From positions 34,410,001-34,474,000 of the forward strand of contig OZ024748.1 in the NCBI GenBank assembly GCA_964016885.1: a stretch of 64,000 bases of DNA, read 5' to 3'. Within the stretch, counting starts at the first letter, position 1; the number at the start of each line of letters is the position of its first letter. The notes beneath the pieces are model-generated. The model was not told the origin of the DNA. It saw only the letters and a program-made list of their open reading frames with translations, and made no database searches. Position numbers and translations under genes: made by a program. Below are positions 15,001 through 30,000 of the stretch, one piece after another. Origin of the DNA: Eledone cirrhosa. Lineage: Eukaryota.

Positions 15001-18000
15001 GCTAGACCAAGGCCAGTCACAATGTAGCTAGAACAATGCCTATCACCATGTAACTAGACCAACACCAGTCACGATGTAACTAGACCAACGCCAGTAACAT
15101 TGTAACTAGACTAACTCCAGTCACAATTTAACTAGACCAACACCAATCAATATAACTACAACAACGCCAGCCAATCACAATGTAACTAGACAAACACCAG
15201 TCACAATGTAACTGGACCAACATCAGTCACTATGTAATTAGACCAACACCAGTCACGATGTAACTAGACCAACACCAGTCACAATGTAACTAGACCAACG
15301 CCAATCGCAATGTCACTAGACCAACACCACTCACAATGTAATTAGACCAAAACCAGTCACGATGTAACTAGACCAACACCAGTCACAATGTAATTAGACC
15401 ATCACCAGTCACAATGTAACAAGACCAACACCAGTCCCCATGTAACTAGACCAACGCCGGTCACAATATAACGAGACCAACACCAGTCTCAATGTAACTA
15501 GACCAACATCAGTCACAATGTAACAAGAATAATGCCAGTCACAATGTAACTAGACCAACGGCTGTCACAATGTAACTAGACCAACGCCAATCACAATGTA
15601 ACTAGAGCAACGCCAGTAACAAAGTAACTAGACCAACACCAATATCCATGTAAGTAGAGGAACGCCAATCACAATGTAACTAGACCAACACCAGTCACAA
15701 TGTAACTAGACCAAGACCAATCACAATGTAACTACACCAACGCCAGTCACAATGTAACTAGACCAAAACCAGTGACAATGTAACTAGACCAACACCAGTC
15801 ACAATGTAACTAGACCAACACCAGTCACAATGTAACTAGACCAACAGCAGTCACAATGTAACTAGACCAACGCCAATCACAATGTACCTACACCAACATC
15901 AATCACAATGTAACTAGACCAACACCAGTCACAATGTAACTAGACCAATACCATTCACAATATAACTAGACCAACGCCAGTCACAATGTAACTAAACCAA
16001 AATCAGTCATCGTGTAACTGGAGGAGCGCCATTCACAATGTAACTAGGCCAACACCAGTCACAATGTAACTAAACCAACACCAATAACAATGTAACTAGA
16101 CCAACATCAGTCACAATGTAACTAGACAAACGCCAGTCGCAATGTCAGTAGACCAACACCAGTCACAATGTCATTAGAACAACACCAGTCAGAATGTAAC
16201 TAAACCAACCGCAGTCACAATGTAATTAGACCAACGCCAGTCACAATGTAACTAGACCAATGCCAATCACAATGTAATTATAGCAACACCAGTCACAATG
16301 TAACTAGACCAACACCAGTCACAATTTAATTAGACCAACACCAGTCACAATGTAACTAGACAAACACCGGTCACAATGTAACTAGACCAACGTCAATCAC
16401 AATGTCACTAGACCAACACCAGTCACAATGTAATTAGACCAACACCAGTCACAATGTGACTAAACCAACACCAGTCAAAATGTAATTAGACCAACAGCAG
16501 TCACAATGTAACTAGACCTACGCCAGTCATAATGTAACTAGACCAAACCAACACCAGTCACAATGTAACTCGACCTACGCCAGTCACAATGTGACTAGAT
16601 CATCCCAGCACCAGTAACAATGTAACTGGACCTGCGCCAGTCTCAATGTGACTAGACCAACACCAATCACAATGTAACTAGACCAACACCAATCACCATG
16701 TAGCTAGACCAACCCAACACTAGCCACAATGTAACAAGACCTACGCCATTCACATTGCTACTAGACAAATACCAGTCAATATGTGACTAGACCAACACCA
16801 ATTAGACTGTAACTAGACCAGCGCCAGTCTCAATGTAACAAGGCCAACGCCAGTAACATTGTAACTAGACCAACACCAGTCACAATGTAATTATAGCAAC
16901 ACCATTCACAATGTAACTAGACCAACGTCAGTCACAATGTAACTAGACAAACGCCAATCGCAATGTCAGTAGACCACCAAAACTTCACAATGTAACTAAG
17001 CCAATGCCAATCACAATGTCACTAGACACACACCAGTCACAATGTAACTAGACGAACACCAGTCACAATGTGATTAGACCAACAGCAGTCACCATATAAC
17101 TAGACCAACACGAATCACCATTTAACTAGACCAACCCAACACCAGTAACAATGTAACTAGACATGAGCCAGTCTCAATGTGACTAGACCAACAGCAATCA
17201 CAATGTAACTAGAGGAACACCAATCACGATGTAACTAGACCAACCCAACACCAGTCACAATGTAACTAGTCCTACCCCAGTCACAATGTGACTAGATCTT
17301 CCCACGCCAGTAACAATATAAGTAGACCTGCGCCAATCTCAATGTGACTAGACCAACACCAATCACAATGTAACTAGACCAAAACCAATCACAAGGATAC
17401 TAGACCAACACCAGTCAAATGTAACTAGACCAACACCAGTCACAATGTAACTAGACCAACGCCAATCACAATGTCACTAGACCAACACCAGTCACAATGT
17501 AATTAGACCAAAATCAGTCACACTGTCACTAGACCAACACCAGTCACACTGTAATTAGAGCAACAACAGTCACAATGTAACAAGACCAACGCCAGTAAAA
17601 ATATTACTAGACCAACAGCAGTAACAAGGTAACTTGAGAAACGCCAATCAACAGGTAACTAGACCAACGCCAGTCACCATGAAACTAGACCAACGCCAGG
17701 CACAATGTAACTAGACCTACGCCAGTCCCAATATAACGAGACCAACACCAATCACAATGTAACTAGACCAAGGCCAGTCACAATGTAGCTAGAACAACGC
17801 CTGTCACCATGTAACTAGACCAACGCCAGTCACGATGAAACTAGACCAACGCCAGTCTCAATGTGACTACACCAACACCAATCACAATGTAACTAGACCA
17901 ACAGCAATTGCAATGTTACTAGACAAATGCCAGTCACAATGCGACTAGACCAACACCAATCACAATGTAACTAGACTAGCACCAGTTACACTGTAACAAG

Positions 18001-21000
18001 GCCAACGCCAGTCACAATATAACTAGACCAACGCCAGTCAAAATGAAACTAAACCAACACCAATCACAATAAAACTAGACAAACACCAATCACAATGTGA
18101 CTAGACCAACGCAAGTCACAGTGTAATTAGACAAAGGCCAATCATAATGTAACTACACCAACGCCAATCACCATGTAACTAGACCAACACCAGTCACCAG
18201 GTAACGAGAACAACGCCAGTCACAGTGTAACTAGACCAACGACAGTCACAATGTAATTAGACCAACACCAGTCACTATGTAACTAGACCAACACCAGTCA
18301 CAATGTAACTAAACCAACATCAGTCACTATGTAATTAGACCAACACCAGTCACAATGTAACTAGACCAACACCAGTCACAATGTAACTAGACCAACGCCA
18401 ATCACAATTTAACAAGACCAACGCCAGTCTCAGTGTAATTAGGCAAACAACATTTCATAATGTAACTACACCAACGCCAATCACCATGTAACTAGACCAA
18501 CACCAGTCACCATGTAACTAGACCAACACCAATCACAATGTAGCTAGACCAAGGCCAGTCACAATGTAGCTAGAACAATGCCTATCACCATGTAACTAGA
18601 CCAACACCAGTCACGATGTAACTAGACCAACGCCAGTAACATTGTAACTCGACTAACTCCAGTCACAATTTAATTAGACCAACACCAATCAATATAACTA
18701 CAACAACGCCAGCCAATCACAATGTTACTAGACCAACACCAGTCACAATGTAACTGGACCAACATCAGTCACTATGTAATTAGACCAACACCAGTCACAA
18801 TGTAACTAGACCAAAACCAGTCACAATGTAACTAGACCAACGCCAATCGCAATGTCACTAGACCAACACCAATCACAATGTAATTAGACCAAAACCAGTC
18901 ACGATGTAACTAGACCAACACCAGTCACAATGTAATTAGACCATCACCAGTCACAATGTAACAAGACCAACACCAGTCACAATGTAATTAGACCAACACC
19001 AGTCCCCATGTAACTAGACCAACGCCGGTCACAATATAACGAGACCAACACCAGTCTCAATGTAACTAGACCAACATCAGTCACAATGTAACAAGAATAA
19101 TGCCAGTCACAATGTAACTATACCAACGGCTGTCACAATGTAACTAGACCAACGCACATCACAATGTAACTAGAGCAACGCCAGTAACAAAGTAACTAGA
19201 CCAACACCAATATCCATGTAAGTAGAGGAACGCCAATCACAATGTAACTAGACCAACACCAGTCACAATGTAACTAGACCAAGACCAATCACAATGTAAC
19301 TACACCAACGCCAGTCACAATGTAACTAGACCAAAACCAGTGACAATGTAACTAGACCAACACCAGTCACAATGTAACTAGACCAACACCAGTCACAATG
19401 TAACTAGACCAACAGCAGTCACAATGTAACTAGACCAACGCCAATCACAATGTACCTACACCAACATCAATCACAATGTAACTAGACCAACACCAGTCAC
19501 AATGTAACTAGACCAATGCCAGTAACAATGTAACTAGACCAACGCCAATCACAATGTAACTAGACCAACGCCAGTCACCATGTAACTAGACAAACACCAG
19601 TCACCATGTAACTAGAGGAACACCAATAACAATGTAACTAGACTAACGCCAGTCACAATGTGACTAGAACTCCCAACACCAGTAACAATGTAACTAGACC
19701 TGCGCCAGTCTCAATGTGACTAGACCAACACCAATCACAATGAAACTAGACCAACACCAATCACAAGGATACTAGACCAAGCACAGTCATTATGTGACTA
19801 GAGCGACAGCAATTACAATGTAACTAGACCAGCGACAGTCCCAATGGAACAAGACCAACGCCAATCAAAATGTTACTAGACCAACAGCAGTAACAAGGTA
19901 TCCAGACCAACACCAATAACCACGTAACTAGACCAACGCCAATCACAATGTAACAAGACCAACGCCAGTCACAGTGTAATTAGACAAACGCCATTCATAA
20001 TGTAACTACACCAACGCCAATCACCATGTAACTAGACGAACACCAGTCACGATATAACGAGACCAACACCAGTCACAATGTAACAAGACCAACGCCAGTC
20101 ACAATGTAACTAGACCAACGCTACTCACAATGTAACTAGACCAACGCCAATCCCAATGTAACCAGACCAACACCAGTAACAAGGTAACTAGACCAACACC
20201 AATCACAATATAACTAGACCAACGCCAATCACAATGTAACTAGACCAACGCCAGTCACAATGTGACTAGAACATCCCAACACCAGTAACAATGTAACTAG
20301 ACCTGCGCCAGTCTCAATGTGACTAGACCAACACCAGTCACCATGTAACTAGAGGAACACCAATCACAATGTAACTAGACCAACCCCAATCACAAAGAAA
20401 CTAGACCAACACCAATCACAAGGATACTAGACCAAGACCAATCACCATGTAACTAGACCAACACCAGTCACCATGTAACTAGACCAACGCCAGTCACAAT
20501 GTAACTAGACCAACGCCACTCAAAATGTAACTAGACCAACGCCAATCCCAATGTAACTAGACCAACACCAGTAACAAGGTAACTAGACCAACACCAATCA
20601 CAATGTAACTAGACCAAGGCCAGTCACAATGTAGCTAGAATAATGCCTATCACCATGTAACTAGACCAACACCAGTCACGATGTAACTAGACCAACGCCA
20701 GTAACATTGTAACTAGACTAACACCAATCACAATGTAACTAGACCAACACCAGTCACAATGTAACTGGACCAACATCAGTCATTATGTAATTAGACCAAC
20801 ACCAGTCACAATGTAACTAGACCAACACCAGTCACAATGTAACTAGACCAACGCCAATTGCAATGTCACTAGACCAACACAACTCACAATGTAACTAGAC
20901 CAACACCAGTCACAATGTCATTAGACCATCACCAGTCACAATGTAACAAGACCAACACCAGTCACAATGTAATTAGAACAACACCAGTCACAATGTAAAT

Positions 21001-24000
21001 AGACCAACACCAGTCACCATGTAACTAGACCTACACCAATCCCAAGGTAACTAGACCAACACAACGACAATCACAATGTAATTAGACCAACACCATTAAC
21101 ATGGTAACTAAACCAAGACCAATCACAATGTAACTACACCAACGCCAGTCACAATGTAACTAGACCAACACCAGTCACAATGTAATTAGACCAACACCAG
21201 TCACAATGTAACTAGACCAACGCCAATCACAATTTTAACTAGACCAACACCAGTCACAATGTAGCTAGAACAACGTCTGTCACCATGTAACTAGACCAAC
21301 ACCAGTCACGATGTAACTAGACCAACGCCAGTAACATTGTAACTAGACCAACACCAGTCACAATTTAACTAGACCAACACTAATCAATATAACTACACCA
21401 ACGCCACCCACTCACAATGTAACTAGACCAACACCCGTCACAATGTAACTAGACCAACATCAGTCTCTATGTAACTAGACCAACACCAGTCACAATGCCA
21501 TTAGACAATAACCATTCAATGTAACAAGACCAACACCAGTCACAATGTAATTAGACCAACACGAGTCACAATGTAAATAGACCAACACCAGTCACCATGT
21601 AACTAGACCAACAGCAATCCCAAGGTAACTAGACCAACCCAACGACAATCACAATGTAACTAGACCTACGGCCGTCATAATGTAACTATACCAACCGATC
21701 ACCAGTCACGATGTAACTAGACCTACGCCAGTCACAATCTGCCTAGACTATCCCAACACCAGTAACAATGTAACTAGACCTGCGCCAGTCTCAATGTGAC
21801 TAGACCAACACCAATCACAATGTAACTTGACCAACACCAGTAATAAAGTAACTAGACCAACACCAATAACCATGTAACTAGAGAACGCCAATCACAATAT
21901 CTCTAGACCAACACCTGTCAAAATGTAACTAGACCAAGACCAATCAATATGTAACTACACCAACGCCAGTCACAACGTAACTAGACCAACACCTGTCACA
22001 ATGTAACTAGACCAACGCCAATCATAATGTACCTACACCAACACCAATCACAATGTAACTAGACCAACGCCAATCACAATCTAACAAGACCAACGCTAGT
22101 CACAGTGTAATTAGACAAACGCCATACATAATGTAACTACACCAACGCCAAATACCAGGTAACTAGACCAACACCAGTCACCATGTAACTAGACCAACGG
22201 CAGTCACAATATAACGAGACGAACGCGAATCACAATGTAACTAGACCAACACCAGTCACAATGTAACAAGTCCAACGCCAGTCACAATGTAACTAGACCA
22301 ACAGCAGTAACAAGGTATCTAGACCAACGCCAATCCCAATGTAACTAGACCAACACCATTAACAAGGTAACTAAACCAACACCAATCACAATGTAACTAG
22401 ACCAAGGCCATTCACAATGTAGCTAGAACAATGCCTCTCACCATGTAACTAGACCAACACCGGTCACGATGTAACTAGACCAACACCAGTAACATTGTAA
22501 CTTGACCCACGTCAGTCACTATGTAATTAGACCAACACCAGTCACAATGTAACTAGTCCAACAACAATCACGATGTAACTAGACCAACGCCAATCGCAAT
22601 GTCACTAGACCAAAACCACTCACAATGTAACTAGACCAAAACCAGTCACAATGTAACTAGACCAACACCAGTCTCAATGTCATTAGAACAACGCCAGTAA
22701 CAATGTAACAAGACCAACACCAGTCACAATGTAAATAGACCAACACCAGTCACCATGTAACTAGACCATCACCAATCCCAAGGTAACTAGACCAACCCAA
22801 CGACAATCACAATGTAACTAGACCTACGTCAGTCATAATGTGACTAGACCAACCGAACACCAGTCACGATGTAACTATACCTACGCCAGTCACAATGTAA
22901 CTAGACCATCCCAACGCCAGTAACATTTTAACTAGATCAACACCAGTCACCATGTAACTAGAGGAACGCCATTCACTATGTAACTAGGCCAACACCAGTC
23001 ACAATGTAACTAAAGCAACACCAATAACAATGTAACTAGACCAACGCCAATCACAATGTAGCTAGACCAACGCCTGTCACAATGAAACTAGACCAACACC
23101 AGTCATAATGTAACTAGACCAACACCAGTCACAATGTAATCATACCAACACCAATCACAATATAACTAGACCAGCTTCCGTCACAATATAACTAGGCAAA
23201 CGCCAATCACAATGTCAGTGGAGCAACACCAGTCACAATGTCATTATAACAACACCAGTCACAATGTAACTAGACCAACCGCAGACACAATGTAACTAGA
23301 CCAATTCCAATCACAATGTCACGAGACAAACACCAGTCACAATTTAACTAGACCAACACCAGTGACAATGTAACTAGACCAACACTAATCACAATGTAAC
23401 TAGAACAACCCCAGTCACCATGTAACGAGACCAACCCAACACCAGTCACAATGTAACTAGACCAACCGCAGACACAATGTAACTAGACCAATTCCAATCA
23501 CAATGTCACGAGACAAACACCAGTCACAATTTAACTAGACCAACACCAGTGACAATGTAACTAGACCAACACTAATCACAATGTAACTAGAACAACCCCA
23601 GTCACCATGTAACGAGACCAACCCAACACCAGTCACAATGTAACTAGACCTACGCCAGATACAATGTAATTAGACCAACACCAGTCGCAATGTAACTAGA
23701 CCAACACCAGTCACAATGTAATTAGACCAACACCAGACACAATGTGTCTAGTCAAACACCAGTCACAATGTAATTAGACCAACAGCAGTCACGATGTAAC
23801 TAGACCAACACAAGTCACAATGTAACTAGACCAACACCAATCACAATGTAACTAGAGTAACCCAACACAAGTCACAATGTAACTAGACCTATGACAGTCA
23901 CAATGTGACTAGACCTACGCCAGTCATAATGTAATTAGACCAACACCAATCACAATGGAACAAAACCAACACAACTCACAATGCTACTAGACCAACACCA

Positions 24001-27000
24001 GTCAATATGTGACTAGACCAACACCAATTACAATGTAACTAGACCAGCGCCAGTCACAATGTAACAAAGCTAACGCCAGTCACAATGTAACTAGACCAAC
24101 GCCAGTCAAATGTTACTAGACCAACACCAGTCACAATGTAACTAGACCAACGCCAATCACAATGTCATTGGACCAGCACCAGTCCCAATGTAACTAGACC
24201 AACGGTAATCACAATCTAACAAGACCAACACCAGTCACCATGTAACTAGACCAACGCCATTCTCAATGTAACTATGCCAACACCAGACACAATGTAACTA
24301 GACCAACCGCAGTCACGATGTAATTAGACCAACACCAGTCACTATGTTACTAGACCAATGCTAATCACAATGTCACTAGACAAACACCAGTCACAATTTA
24401 ACTAGACCAACACCAGTCACAATGTAATTAATACCAACACTAGTCACAATGTAACTAGAACAACACCAGTCACAATGTAACTAGAACAACGCCAATCACA
24501 ATGTCACTAGACCAACACCAGTTACAATGTTACTAGACCAACACCAGTGACAATGTAATGGGACCAACACCAGTCACAATGTAACTAGACCAACACAAAT
24601 CACAAGGATACTAGACCAACACCAGTCACTGTGTAACTAGAGCGACACAAATTACAATGTGACTAGACCAGCGCCAGTCCCAATGTAACTAGACCAACGG
24701 CAATCACAATGTAACAAGACCAACACCAGTCACAATGTAACTAGACAAACGCCAATCGCAATGTCAGTAGACGAACACCAGTCACAATGTAACTAGACCA
24801 ACACCAGTCACAATGTCAATAGAACAACAGCAGTCAGAATGTAACTGGACCAACCGCAGTCACAATGTAATTAGACCAATGCCAATCACAATGTCACTAG
24901 ACAAACACCAGTCACAATTTAACTAGACCAACACCAGTCACAATGTAATTACACCAACACCAGTCACAATGTAACTAGACCTACGCCAGTCACAATATAA
25001 TGAAACCAACACCAGTCACAATGTAACAAGACCAAAGCCAGTCACAATGTAACTAGTCCAACGCCAATTCCAATATAACTAGACCAACACCAGTAACAAG
25101 GTAACTAGACCAAGGCCAGTCACAATGTAGCTAGAACAACACCAGTTACAATGTAACTAGGCTAACACCAGTCACAATGTAACTAGACAAACACCAGTCA
25201 CAATGTAACTAGAACAAGAGCAGTCACTATGTATTTAAACCAACACCAGTCACAATTTAACTAGACCAACACCAGTCACAATGTAGCTAGCCCAACGCCA
25301 ATCGCAATGTCACTAGACCAACACCACTCACAATGTAACTAGACCAAAACCAGTAACAATGTAATTAGACCAACACCAGTCACAATGTAACTAGACAAAC
25401 ACTAGTCACAATGTCACTAGACCATCCCAACACCAGTAACAATGTAACTAGACCTGCGCAAGTCTCAATGTGACTAGACCAACACTAATCACAATGTAAC
25501 TAGACCAACACCAATTACAAGGATACTAGACCAAAACCAGTCACTATGTGACTAGAGCGACACAAATTACAATGTAACTAGACCAGCGCCAGTCCCAATG
25601 TAACAAGACCAATGCCAGTCAAATTTTACTAGACCAACGCCAATCACAATGTAACTAGACCAACAGCAGTAACAAGGTAATTAGACCAACACAAGTCACA
25701 ATGTAACTAGACCAACGCCAATCACAATGTAACTAGACCAACAGCAGTAACATGGTAATTAGACCAACACAAGTCACAATGTAACTAGACCAACACCAGT
25801 CACAATGTAACTAGACCAACTCCAATCACAATGCACCTGCACCAACGCCAATCACAATGTAACTAGACCAACACCAGTCACAATGTAACTAGACCAACAC
25901 CAGTCACAATGTAACTAGACAAACGCCAATCGCAATGTCAGTAGACCAACTCCAGTCACAATGTTATTAGAACAACACCAGTCAAAATGTAACTAGACCG
26001 ACCGCAGTCACAATGTAATTAGACTAACGCCAGTCACAATGTTACTAGACCAACACCAGTCACAATGTATCTAGAACATTGCCAATCACAATGTCACTAG
26101 ACAAACACCAGTCACAATTTAACTAGACCAACACCAGTCACAATGTAATTAGACCAACAACAGTAAACAATGTAACTAGACCAACACCAGTCACAATGTA
26201 ACTAGACCAACGCCAATCACAATATTACTAGACCAACACCAGTCACAATGTAACTAGACCAACACCTGTCACAATGTAGTTAGACCAACACCAGTCTCAA
26301 TGTAACTAGACCAACACCAGTCACAATGTAATTAGACGAACACCAGTCACAATATAACTAGACCAACACTAATCACAATGTAACTAGACCAACCCAACAC
26401 CATTCACAATGTAACTAGACCTACGCCAGTCACAATGTGATTAGACCATCCCAACACCAGTAACAGTGTAACTAGACCTGCGTCAGTCTCAATGTGACTA
26501 GACCAAAACCAATCACAATGTAACTAGACCAACAGCAATCACAATGCTACTAGACCAACACCAGTCAAAATGTGACTAGACCAGCACCAATTACAACGTA
26601 ACTACACGAGCGCCAGTCACAATTTATCAAGGCCAACACCAGTCACAATGTAACTAAACCAACACCAATCACAATAAAACTAGAGCAACAGCAATCACAA
26701 TGTCACTAGACCATTAACAGTCACAGTGTAACTAGAACAACACCAGTCACAATGTGTCTAGTCCAACAGCAGTCAACCTGTAACCAGACCAACACCAATC
26801 ACAATGTAACTAGTCCAACCCAAGACCACTTACAATGTAACTAGACCTACGCCAGTCACAATGTGACTATACCATCCCAAAAGTAGTAACAATGTAATTA
26901 GACCTGCGCCAGTCTCAATGTGACTAGACCAACACCAATCACAAGGATACTAGACCAACACCAGTCACTATGTGACTAGACCGACACCAATTACAATGTA

Positions 27001-30000
27001 ACTAGGCCAGCGCCAGTCCCAATGTAACAAGACCAACGTCAGTCAAAATGTTACTAGACCACAGCAGTCACAATGTAACTAAACCAACACAAATCACAAT
27101 ATAACTAGACCAACACCAATCACAATATAACAAGACCAACGTCAGTTACAGTGTAATTAGACAAACGCCATTCAAAATGTAACTATACCAACGCCAATCA
27201 CATTGTAACTAGAGCAACACCAGTCATAATGTAACTAGACCAACGCAAGGTACCATGTAACTAGACAAACGCCAATCACAATGTAACTAGACCAACACCA
27301 GTCACAATGTAACAAGACCAAGGCCAGTCACAATGTAACTAAACCAACGCCAATCACAATGTAACTAGACCAACACCAGTAACAAGATTACTAGACCAAC
27401 ACCAATCACCATGTATCTAGAGTAACGCCAATCACAAAGTTACCAGACCAACACAAGTCACAATGTGACTAGACGAACACCAGTCACAGTGTAATTAGAC
27501 CAACGCCAAACACAATTTAACTAGACCAACGACAATCACAACATAACTAGACCAAAGACTGTCACCATGTAACTAGAACAACGACAGTCACAATGTAACT
27601 AGACCAGCGACCGTCATAATATAACTAAATCTACATCAATCAGAATGTAACTAGACCAACACCAATCACAATTAACTAGACCAGCGCCAGTCACAATGTA
27701 ATTAGACCAACACCAATCACAATGTAACTGGAGCAACCGAACGCCAATCACACTATAACTAGACCTACGCCAGTCACAATGTAACTAGACCATCCTAACA
27801 CCAGTAACAATATAACCACACCAACACCAATCACAATGTAACGAAACCGTCGACAGTTAACATGTAACTAGACCAACGCCAGTCACAGTGTAACTATACC
27901 AACACCAGTCACCATTTTACTAGACCAACACCAATCACAATGTAACTAGAACAACACCAGTCATAAAGAAACTAGACCAAAGTCAGTCACAATATAAATA
28001 CACCAACACCATTCACAATGTAACCTAACCGTCGACAGTTACCATGTAACTAGCCCAACGCCAGTCACAATGTAACTAGACCAACACCAGTCACAACGTG
28101 ACTAGACCAACACCAGTTACCATTTCACTAGACGAACACCAGTCGCAATGTAACTAGACAAACGCCAGTCAGTATGAAAGTATACCAACGCCAGTCACAA
28201 TGTAACTAGACCAACACCAGTCACAATGTAATTAGACCAACATCAGTCACAATGTAAGTAGACCAACACCAGTCACAATGTAATTAGACCAACACCAGTC
28301 ACAATGTGACTAAACCAACACCAGTCACAATGTAATTAGACCAACAGCAGTCACAATGTAACTAGACAAACACCAGTCACCAGGTAACTAGACCTACGCC
28401 AGTCATAATGTAACTAGACCAACCCAACACCAGTCATAATGTAACTAGACCTACGCCAGTCACAATGTGACTAGACGATGCCAGCACCAGTAACAATGTA
28501 ACTAGACCTGCCCCAGTCTCAATATGACTAGACCAACACCAATCACAATGTAACTCGATCAACACCAATCAATATGTGACTAGACAAACACCAATTACAT
28601 TGTAACAAGGCCAACGCCAGTCACAATGTAACTAGACCAACGCCAGTCAAATGTTACTAGACCAACGCCAGTCAGAATATAACTAAATCGACAACAATCA
28701 CAATAAAACTAGACCAACACCAATCACAATGTAACTAGACCAACGCCAATCAGAATGTAACAAGACAAACACCAATCACAATGTCACTAGACCATCACCA
28801 GTCACAATGTAACTTGACCAACAACAGTCACAATGTAACTAGGCCAAACCAGTCACAATGTAATTAGACCAACAACAGTCACAATGTGTCTAGTCCAACA
28901 CCAGTCACAATCTAATTAGACCAACAGCAGTCACAATGTAACTAGACGAACACAAGTCACCAAGGAACTAGACCAACACCAATCACAATGTAACTAGACC
29001 AACCCAACATCAGTCACAATGTAACTAGACCTACGGCAGTCACAATGTGACTAGACCACCGCAACACAAGTAACAATGTCACTAGACCTGCGCCAGTCTC
29101 AATGTGACTAGACCAACACCAATCACAATGTAACTAGACCAACACCAATCACAAGGATACTAGACCAACACCAGTCTCTATGTGACTAGAGCGACACCAA
29201 TTACAATGTAACTAGACCAGCGCCAGTCCCAATGTAACAAGACAAACGCCAGTCAAAATTTTACTAGACCAACGCCATTCACAGTGGAATTAGACAAGCA
29301 CCATTCATAATGTAGCTACACCAACGCCATTCACCATGTATCTAGACCAATTTCAGTCACCATGTAACTAGACCAACGCCAGTCACAATGTAACTAGACC
29401 AACGCCAGTCACAGTGTAACAAGACCAACACCAGTCACCATTTAAGTAGAACAAAACCAGTCACAATGTAACTAGACCAACGCCAGTCACAATATGACGA
29501 GACCAACACCAGTCACGATGTGACTAGACCAACACCAGTCACAATATAACTAGACCAACGCCAGTCCCAATGTAACTAGACCAACGCCAATCCCAGTGTT
29601 ACTAGACCAACACCAGTAACAAGGTAATTAGAACAATACCAATCACCGTGTAACTAGAAGAATGCCACTCACAATGTAACTAGACCAACAGCAGTCACGA
29701 TGTAACTAGACCAACGCCAGTAACATTGTAACTAGACCAATACCAGTCACCATGTAACTAGACCAACACCAATCACAATATAACTACACCAACGCCAGCC
29801 CATCGCAATGTAACTAGACCAAGACCAGTCACAATGTAACTACACCAACACCAATCACAATGTAACTAGAGCAACATCAGTCACTATGTAATTAGACCAA
29901 TACCAGTCACAATGTAAGTAGACCAACACCAGTCACAATGTAACTAGACCATCCCAACACCAGTAACAATGTAACTAGACCAACACCAATCACGATGTAA

